This document shows positions 58,201 through 64,000 of a stretch of 64,000 nt of DNA, piece after piece. Origin of the DNA: a virus; IMG/VR virus record IMGVR_UViG_3300048919_000265; one strand, given 5' to 3'. How positions within the stretch are numbered: position 1 is the first letter of the stretch; each line of letters opens with the position of its first letter. A model generated the notes under the pieces. That model made no database searches. It was not told where the DNA came from and worked only from the letters and a program-made list of their open reading frames with translations. Made by a program: the position numbers and the translations under genes.

Positions 58201-60892
58201 GTAGAGTGAGCAAATGACCATCATCATAGCTGCTACCTACATGATTCATAGCAGTAACACGAACACTATATTGTCGTCCTCCAGCTAATCCAGAAAATTT
58301 GACAGACGATATCGGAAAATCCACCACTTCTTCTTTACCTGTACCGATAACTTCTATTTTGTATTTCCATCCATCAGTATAAGTTCCTGCCTGAGGCAAA
58401 TCCCATTCTGCCGTGAAATTATCCTCGCCTATTCCAGTAGCTCTAATATTCTTAGGTGCCTCTGGGACATTTTGCAACTTAATAGCTCCAGAAGTGACCT
58501 GTGTAGTATTGCCTGCTTTATCTATGGCTTTTAAATGGACATACCAGACTCCTTCAGATTCTATAGATAAATTATCACTATTAACGCTATCCCAAGAAGT
58601 TGGAATTTGGCTACTGTCAGTAATTCTATAAAAAACCTTGTCAACTCCAGAACCTGTATCGGCTACAGCCACTTCAACATTCGCTTTGCTTGGTGACCAA
58701 TCTCTACTGTCTGGAGTTAATTTAATTGTTGGAGCCGATTTATCTACATACACAGTTATAGTGGTTACTTCACTAATATTACCTACACTGTCAATAGCTC
58801 GGGCACTTAAAGTATGGGTACCATCCGCAGTAACAACTCCACTATTTCCATCTACAAACTCCCCACCATCAACCGAATATTGATATCTAACAGGATTAAG
58901 GTCTGTACTACCGTCTATTTTAAATTCTACATCCTTAGAAACAAACTCAGTATCACTAAGTTTTATGCCCGGCACAGTAGGAGCTGTCAAATCAATCATA
59001 GCTGTAGCATAACTAGGTTGGCTCACGTTGCCTGCATTATCTATCGTACGGAAAGCTACAGAGGTAACTCCCTCCTTAGATACTTCCAAAGGTTGATCAT
59101 AGGCAATCCAATCTCCACCTTCAATAGAGTACTCGTTATGATTGACCCCACTGGCTTCGTCTTTACCTTCCCCCGTGAGAGCTATGGAGACCGGAACTTT
59201 GTTAGTCCAATCTTTTTCGGAGGCTGCTACTAGTGGAGAATTAGGAGCAGTTCTATCTATCTTCACATCCACTTTCGCAGATTCGCTGAAATTACCTGCA
59301 TTATCCTCCGCCCTAACTAAGAGGTTCGTTACGCCCTCTCTTGTTATTTCAATGGGATTTAAATAATCCTTCCAACTAGTACCATCTTCTGAGTATTTCA
59401 ATCTTTTAAATCCACTTAACTTATCCAAACTACTAAGAGCTGTAACCGTTACATCTTTATTAGTCCATGAGGCAGCAGTACTATAAACCTCTGGCACATC
59501 CGGTGCTGTTTTATCTATTTTGGCCAGCACCTGGGCCTCTGGTCCAGCATTACCAACCTTATCAACTGAACGAGCTTTAATCACTATTTCCCCTTCGGTA
59601 TCAACAGGGAAAGGCTGATCATAAGCTTTCCACTCAGATCCATTAATACTATACTCTGTTTCTTTAATGCCTGACTCCTCATCTTTGCCAGCCGTGATTA
59701 TAACTGTAGCGACATCTTTGGTCCAATCTACTGGGTTAATCGCAAGCTCCGGAGCAGTAGGTGCCTTCTTGTCGATCTTAAAAGTTACTTGCGAAACTTC
59801 ACCATTGTTACCTACGTTATCTACAGATCTTGATTTAACAATATGAATTCCCTCATCCGTAAACTCTAACGCACCCTGATAAGTTTTCCATTCGCCATCG
59901 TCTAAAGACCACTCAGTCTTTTCGACACCACTTAAGGCATCTACCCCCGGTATTATTTCCAACCCCACCTTATCAGATACCCATTCGCTAGAAGACAGAT
60001 TCATGACAGTCGCACTTGGACCGCTATGATCAATAGTGAATTCCTCTTCTTTAATGTCGCTATAATTGCCGGCATTATCTACACTTCTAAAATAAATTTT
60101 ATTAGTGCCCTCTGTTTGATATTTGACTGGATTAACATAATTGTTCCAAACCACACCATCATAAGAAAACTCCGATCTATTAATACCACTATCTAAGTCA
60201 AACCCTTTATTAATCGTAAAAGTCACTGCATCAGCCCAACCTGTATTATCCCTTAAAACTGATGGAGCAGATGGTTTAAGTTTATCAATCTTATAAGTCA
60301 TGCTACTAATGACACTCATATTACCAGCATTATCTACGGTTCTAGCCTCCACTAGTGCCGATCCGGAAGCGTTGATTATAAACGGGGCAGTATAGGTCTG
60401 CCAAACTCCAGCATCTATTCTGTACTCAACTCTAGCACTACCCGAAAGAGTATCTGCACCAGCAACAAGTTCTACTGATACATCTGTATTACGATAATTG
60501 CTATTAGTATCTTTAAATGTTGGAGCATTTGGAGGTGTTCTATCAATTCTCACAGCAGATGAAGACAATGGACTTAAATTACCAGCGTTATCAACTGTAT
60601 ATGCTTCAATATTGGTCACACCTTCAGCCGTAACATTAAATGTACCACCATAAGCTCCTAATCCTTTGTTTGTTGCACCAGTTAATCTATAATCTATTCG
60701 ATTAACGCCAGAATATGAGTCCGTACCGGCTACTATACTAACAGGAACATCAGCATCATTAGTCCACCCAACCCCATTGTAAGTAGAAGCAGCCGAAGCC
60801 TGATTTTCCTTTATTAATAATTCAGCTGGGAAATAACTTAGCAACATTGTCACAGCTACAAGCAGCTTTAGAAACTTCTTTTTCTTTTCCAA
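55277..60892 (-). CDS. giant cell-surface protein: signal peptide, about 9 Ig-like repeats, about 10 fibronectin type III repeats, 3 SLH domains
   Basis: Repeats ending [IV]D[KRHL]xxP with D.AGN; FN3 units (W..V.GA..Y.I, L.PGT.Y.V.V.A.N..G); SLH GILKG..FEPDRPVTRMEF, FRPNIDINREQA, GYPDGSFGPKNSLTRAE. Start revised to TTG 60892 (SD AAGGAGG; track 60958). Confidence 0.92.
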   Translation of the reverse strand: MEKKKKFLKLLVAVTMLLSYFPAELLIKENQASAASTYNGVGWTNDADVPVSIVAGTDSYSGVNRIDYRLTGATNKGLGAYGGTFNVTAEGVTNIEAYTVDNAGNLSPLSSSAVRIDRTPPNAPTFKDTNSNYRNTDVSVELVAGADTLSGSARVEYRIDAGVWQTYTAPFIINASGSALVEARTVDNAGNMSVISSMTYKIDKLKPSAPSVLRDNTGWADAVTFTINKGFDLDSGINRSEFSYDGVVWNNYVNPVKYQTEGTNKIYFRSVDNAGNYSDIKEEEFTIDHSGPSATVMNLSSSEWVSDKVGLEIIPGVDALSGVEKTEWSLDDGEWKTYQGALEFTDEGIHIVKSRSVDNVGNNGEVSQVTFKIDKKAPTAPELAINPVDWTKDVATVIITAGKDEESGIKETEYSINGSEWKAYDQPFPVDTEGEIVIKARSVDKVGNAGPEAQVLAKIDKTAPDVPEVYSTAASWTNKDVTVTALSSLDKLSGFKRLKYSEDGTSWKDYLNPIEITREGVTNLLVRAEDNAGNFSESAKVDVKIDRTAPNSPLVAASEKDWTNKVPVSIALTGEGKDEASGVNHNEYSIEGGDWIAYDQPLEVSKEGVTSVAFRTIDNAGNVSQPSYATAMIDLTAPTVPGIKLSDTEFVSKDVEFKIDGSTDLNPVRYQYSVDGGEFVDGNSGVVTADGTHTLSARAIDSVGNISEVTTITVYVDKSAPTIKLTPDSRDWSPSKANVEVAVADTGSGVDKVFYRITDSSQIPTSWDSVNSDNLSIESEGVWYVHLKAIDKAGNTTQVTSGAIKLQNVPEAPKNIRATGIGEDNFTAEWDLPQAGTYTDGWKYKIEVIGTGKEEVVDFPISSVKFSGLAGGRQYSVRVTAMNHVGSSYDDGHLLTLPAAPENIRVEKVDQNYNSGFIYVSKVEGATAYHIFVRKADSGEVIVDDTTVDTTYPFSGMTPGTNYDVNVSAINSTGEGISKGVRFLSLPDNPGEFKSVNVFTDKILLSWNSVSTALKYNLLRDGNQISSANVLNFLDEGLSSGTAYDYSVGAVNDTGLGAYSHLRGIRTLPAAISGITVEGISQTGATLKWNGVKGASEYVIRNGSEVSSTNDTSWVLKDLKPGERYDLTIAAKNESGEGELTPVSFITIPAEPASVKVEEVEEDSAVIKWDLVNGATGYTIEVDGKEYAGNTGEIKVAGLVGSKNYIYKIKASNSSGSSQWVEGKFVTKPHAVNNLAVDNTDTTSLNLVWDKDDTVTKYTIKVKDTAIIESSSDPSAPIQGLEAGTNYDIIVRGENSSGVGKESIINWTTKTSPIDKISSVTDITYSDLKWDAVKGAEKYYISDRGGNILYAGTDTQTRIKGLSGGTPYNLVIWSTNDKDVQSGKVEHSILTKPSSPQLSVDKLSAHSASIAVNFGSNLVDQYVVYVNGKEVLRSMAWQKIFTVEDLMSASTYNITVLPVNSTGEGETTSLTILTATESVKSSDVKVTPKDDNVVVEFPTVDGAKDYVIVDKDGKEVWRGKESPATVEGLTPGTQYDWELVVENQQGTKSEATPIKVLTLPSKPILLKGTATKNDVTLDLSEVRSLGATEYIIYRGGKEIAAIPSSQFKYVDKELISDTEYQYEVRGKNVSGLSITSACLTIKTDKERKNSGDGADGGTIIPPKVETIPTPEVVEEVKSETTKKDSLSDQFSDIDETFSRDEINKLATQGILKGTAPNIFEPDRPVTRMEFAALIVRAIDATPDESVALTFKDINRGAWYTEELKAALATKVAKGFSNIEFRPNIDINREQASKMLVNVLKEQGVTAGSKSSDFTDADRIIGWAKEDVDYASSVGLVGGYPDGSFGPKNSLTRAESAALIYRMIEMIDKDGK

Positions 60893-61040
60893 ATTTAAAT
60901 CCTCCTTACTGTCATTAATTTTAAATATAATTATGTATCTACGATTAGGATTGCACACTTGATGTCATTAACCGTAATCAACCCCTCCAGTTCTTTACAG
61001 TTATTTTACTCCTAGCATCATCCCTTTTCGATTTGGTTAA

Positions 61041-61090
61041 TAAAAAGACGGTGGGTGAATAGGATGTGTTTCTCCTATTCACCCACCGTC
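61041..61090 (-). terminator. strong intrinsic terminator (18-bp perfect stem)
   Basis: gacggtgggtgaatagga-N8-tcctattcacccaccgtc (61047-61090), followed by TTTTTA on the minus strand. Confidence 0.88.
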
Positions 61091-61129
61091 GACTTTAGTA
61101 ACCTAGCCTGATACCCAACTATGTAACTC

Positions 61130-61489
61130 TTAATCATCTGAATCGTCGTCGTTGTCGCTAAGATCATCCAGTCTCTCAACCAACCCACTAAAGTCATTAC
61201 CTCTGCCCAGCTGACTAGCCAAGCTATAAACATCTTCATAGTCTATATTATAGTCAGAAGATAAACTCCGCAAATAAGCTTCCCGATTGCTGTATCCTCT
61301 ATCAAGATAAGGTTTATCTTCTATCATACGTCTTCGAGCAGACACAACTGCTTCCTGGTACTTTATGATCAATTCATTTAAGTCCGCAGCAGCCTTACCC
61401 TTACTCGATAACTTTAATGACTTCAGTGCTTCTTCAATATACAATATTTCCTTAGTATCCACTGACATGTTTAAATTAATCACTTCCAC
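61130..61489 (-). CDS. small phage-like hypothetical protein
   Basis: SD AAGGAGG, GTG start; GYSNREAYLRSL..DY..VY.LA..LG..DFSGLVERLDD. Confidence 0.7.
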   Translation of the reverse strand: MEVINLNMSVDTKEILYIEEALKSLKLSSKGKAAADLNELIIKYQEAVVSARRRMIEDKPYLDRGYSNREAYLRSLSSDYNIDYEDVYSLASQLGRGNDFSGLVERLDDLSDNDDDSDD

Positions 61490-61521
61490 ACCTCCTTACA
61501 TTAGTTAACTGATACTATACA

Positions 61522-61773
61522 TTAATTAACCATTAGAGAAACAGCATCAACCTCCTCCATATCAATAACTATAGCGCCAGGTTTAGTCTCACGAATAAAA
61601 TCAGTAAATGATTGAACACATCCTCGGCCTTCCCACAGACTATATAGAGACTTAATAGCCGAACTTGCTAAATCTGTTACTATTTCCATCATGACCACTC
61701 CATTAAATTTATCCGTAAAATTATATCTAGTCATTATAGCCTCTCCTCCTGCTAAATTTATATGTAAGGGCAT
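61522..61773 (-). CDS. hypothetical protein (likely start MTRYNF)
   Basis: SD GGAGGAG inside the track ORF. Confidence 0.6.
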   Translation of the reverse strand: MPLHINLAGGEAIMTRYNFTDKFNGVVMMEIVTDLASSAIKSLYSLWEGRGCVQSFTDFIRETKPGAIVIDMEEVDAVSLMVN

Positions 61774-61788
61774 AGCCCTAGAAAATCC

Positions 61789-62031
61789 CTAGATGCACAG
61801 TTGTAAATTTTTCACTTTATTAACACTAAACGCAGTACTTTCAATTCCTAAACTCAAAACGATTTGCACATTACCCACTGTGTTTTCCATTTCTTTGTTA
61901 ATCCAGTTACCCAACATACTAGATACTTCACCGCTAAGAATCCCATTAGTTTCTCCATAACAAACAGTCATACACTTCATCTCAATCACCAACCTATTAT
62001 TTTTAGTCAACCAAAAAACTTTAATGCGCAA
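61789..62031 (-). CDS. hypothetical protein (80 aa)
   Basis: SD GGAGG before a TTG start. Confidence 0.55.
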   Translation of the reverse strand: MRIKVFWLTKNNRLVIEMKCMTVCYGETNGILSGEVSSMLGNWINKEMENTVGNVQIVLSLGIESTAFSVNKVKNLQLCI

Positions 62032-62046
62032 CCTCCATTAAAGTGA

Positions 62047-62370
62047 TTATACCTCAGAAACTCCACGACGTGCCACTTCAAGTCGCTTAACAAACTCAAA
62101 ATCATCGTCCCATCGCGGTCTCATATCAACCGACCCAAATCTAAACCCTTGATTCCTGATCAATCTCCAATGACCCACTAATTCATTATCCTTCATTGCA
62201 CAAATAGTAATCATCGTATGTGAATACTTGGGATGTATAGAAAGGGCTTCTTCTAAATCCTCCCCTTCATAGAGAGTTATTGATTCAACAGGAAACAAGT
62301 TCTCAGCAAAAGTCTCTACAGCGTGATATTTGACTTTTTCCATAACGAGCCCTCTTTCAATTAGCTTCAT
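62047..62370 (-). CDS. hypothetical protein (about 98-107 aa)
   Basis: Co-directional ORF; SD AAAGAGGG before MEKVKY. Confidence 0.65.
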   Translation of the reverse strand: MKLIERGLVMEKVKYHAVETFAENLFPVESITLYEGEDLEEALSIHPKYSHTMITICAMKDNELVGHWRLIRNQGFRFGSVDMRPRWDDDFEFVKRLEVARRGVSEV

Positions 62371-62641
62371 TCCACAAATGCTTCACGTCTATGCCCATTC
62401 TATTATTCAAAACAACATGCTTTACTTTCTTATCCACAATAACTACGCTACAATTATTACTTAAATCAACAAACACATTACTGCCCTCAACACTAAGACA
62501 GAAATCAACCACTGCCTTGTAATCTATTAATTCCACGAACTCCAGCAAAACTATCTCGTCATCCTCAGGTATTTGTGCAAATTCGTCTCCCTGCCATAAC
62601 TTCCAATTTCCATCTTCAGACTTAAACAAACTGTATCTCAT
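62357..62641 (-). CDS. hypothetical protein (94 aa)
   Basis: SD GGAGTG before ATG. Confidence 0.65.
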   Translation of the reverse strand: MRYSLFKSEDGNWKLWQGDEFAQIPEDDEIVLLEFVELIDYKAVVDFCLSVEGSNVFVDLSNNCSVVIVDKKVKHVVLNNRMGIDVKHLWNEAN

Positions 62642-62662
62642 GTTATCACTCCAAACTTCTAC

Positions 62663-63103
62663 TTACAGCAATCGCAACTCAACTACTTCCCATTCAGTCT
62701 CAACTACTTCATAATTAACTTCAAGCTTTTGTAAATATTTCTCCGCATAAGCCTGTTCAGATCCTTCCCTAACGAAAAGAAAGTCTCGTTCCTTCGAAAA
62801 TAGGTCATTCAACAATTGCCCTAATTCTTCTCTGGAATAAAAATTATCCTTTTCGTGTGCACAACCATTATCTAAATACTTAACCTTCTCTTCCCGCATA
62901 CTTACAATCTTTCGATAATGCAAGTAAACAGATTCCATCGTCGATTCTTCATTAACTTCTAAAATAAATCCGTTAAACTCACCTAACACAACAGGGTACT
63001 CTGAGTAAGTCCGATACTTGATCATAAGTTCAATAAAAGGTTTAACTCTCCCTGCTTCTGTAGATAGTAATGGACCAGAAATTCTATAAATCATCCTCAA
63101 CAC
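62663..63103 (-). CDS. hypothetical protein (146 aa)
   Basis: Co-directional ORF with SD AGGTG. Confidence 0.65.
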   Translation of the reverse strand: MLRMIYRISGPLLSTEAGRVKPFIELMIKYRTYSEYPVVLGEFNGFILEVNEESTMESVYLHYRKIVSMREEKVKYLDNGCAHEKDNFYSREELGQLLNDLFSKERDFLFVREGSEQAYAEKYLQKLEVNYEVVETEWEVVELRLL

Positions 63104-63108
63104 CTACT

Positions 63109-63516
63109 TTACTTAACTTCAAACTTGACTTTAGTTCCGTCGGGCAAATCTTTCACCCTTTGTGCCACCCACGATCCTGCACCTCTATTATCCTTTGGTG
63201 AAATATATTTAACACTGGCTTCTTTTCCTCCCTCACTACACATGGCCATCGGCCATTCATCACGATCATACCCTTTCTTGATCGGCACATTTTGCAACGA
63301 GACTTTTCTGTGTTTCTCAGCGTTACGTCGGTCAAGAGTGCAAACATTACTTAAGCCTGCGTTTATAGCAGACTTAATATGTTGTGCTGTTTGAGGATAC
63401 TTATTGCTAGGAAAAGGTAAAACCACTTCTTCTGCTTTCTGATGATTAATAATACCTAATGTAATCAGACACCCAAACAACAATACAATTATTGTTCTTA
63501 ATCGTATCACTATCAT
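63109..63516 (-). CDS. nucB: NucA/NucB-family DNase (membrane-anchored or secreted)
   Basis: N-terminal TM; FPSNKYPQTAQHIKSAI...CTLDR...DRDEWPMAMCSEGG..ASVKYISPKDNRGAGSWV matches Bacillus NucA/NucB. Confidence 0.88.
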   Translation of the reverse strand: MIVIRLRTIIVLLFGCLITLGIINHQKAEEVVLPFPSNKYPQTAQHIKSAINAGLSNVCTLDRRNAEKHRKVSLQNVPIKKGYDRDEWPMAMCSEGGKEASVKYISPKDNRGAGSWVAQRVKDLPDGTKVKFEVK

Positions 63517-63517
63517 A

Positions 63518-63889
63518 CTAATTCAGTCCAATGATTCTAAACGCAAACATTTTTCTATCCTTATTAGGATCGTTTTCTCCCAAAACCAAAGGTTTTACTG
63601 AAGTAACCTCAACAAATATCTCCCTTCCTGTATAACTTCCATTAGGGCCTACAAACTCGCGTAATCTAACCCAATCACCCGTTTTTAAATCCTTCATAGA
63701 AGTACCGCAATTTCTAATACCTTGCGATATTTCAGAAAAATCATCTTCAATAGCATTGATTTTGACAACCTTAATTTTATTAAGCAAAGTGTATGCACGT
63801 AAACTTTGCTTGGCCTCTTCCGACTCGATTACATAATTACTAGGTAATACCATTTCTGCATAATTAAAATTTAAACGCATCCTGATCAA
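63518..63889 (-). CDS. ASCH/DUF3850-like (PUA-fold) protein
   Basis: DLKTGDWVRLREF...YTGREIFVEVTSV. Confidence 0.65.
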   Translation of the reverse strand: MIRMRLNFNYAEMVLPSNYVIESEEAKQSLRAYTLLNKIKVVKINAIEDDFSEISQGIRNCGTSMKDLKTGDWVRLREFVGPNGSYTGREIFVEVTSVKPLVLGENDPNKDRKMFAFRIIGLN

Positions 63890-63922
63890 TCCTTCACTAT
63901 ATTATGATATGATTCCATATAC

Positions 63923-64000
63923 TTAAAGAGAATCTATAACAAACTTAACAACTGCCTCATACAAAATATTATGAGTTTGATCCCACAAACATCCGTCTTT
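63923..64000 (-). CDS. 3' end of a gene truncated by the window edge
   Basis: KDGCLWDQTHNILYEAVVKFVIDSL* in an open frame from the window end. Confidence 0.45.
   Translation of the reverse strand, partial: KDGCLWDQTHNILYEAVVKFVIDSL

Larger units (their letters stand above)
1..64000 (-). mobile_element. segment of a giant extrachromosomal element (megaplasmid or jumbo-phage-like) of a Bacillota host
   Basis: All genes on one strand; divergent RNAP, PolA and ligase with no ribosomal-protein neighbourhood; many hypotheticals; TA cassette and phage-like small ORFs. Confidence 0.7.

Noticed and set aside
1229-63394. All plus-strand ORFs in the track (e.g. 4117-4596, 8082-8609, 10707-11666, 51268-51741)
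   Set aside because: Each lies antisense to a motif-bearing minus-strand gene. They are Ser/Ile/Phe-rich mirror translations of acidic or Lys-rich sense codons, with no recognisable motifs.
1-64000. CRISPR arrays, tRNA/rRNA genes, IS elements, reverse transcriptase, virion genes
   Set aside because: No regularly spaced repeats, tRNA-like motifs, transposase/RT motifs or capsid/terminase signatures were recognised by eye; intergenic gaps are short. A tool-based search could still find weak cases.

Overview
An AT-rich window in which every credible gene (about 65) lies on the minus strand. It looks like part of a very large extrachromosomal element (megaplasmid or jumbo-phage-like) of a Bacillota host; SLH proteins and a NucA/NucB homolog suggest a Paenibacillus/Bacillus-like host (inference). 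No capsid, terminase, relaxase or integrase gene is recognisable here. Left half (4.7-30 kb) is an information-processing module. It has a 2482-aa single-chain RNA polymerase with fused, cellular-like beta and beta' subunits that lacks the beta' N-terminal zinc ribbon. It also has a family A DNA polymerase, a HolA (clamp-loader delta)-like protein, and an NAD-dependent DNA ligase split into two genes about 18 kb apart. Right half (33-61 kb) has a Tad/Flp-like pilus operon with atypical pilins, SLH-anchored Ig/FN3 surface proteins and an inserted toxin-antitoxin-like cassette (VapBC, Fic, nucleotidyltransferase). A run of small phage-like ORFs follows. Several unrelated proteins, including the RNAP and the VapC toxin, share a C-terminal tag M-x-[LM]-F-stop written with different codons. 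All family calls come from motif recognition by eye; no database search was run.
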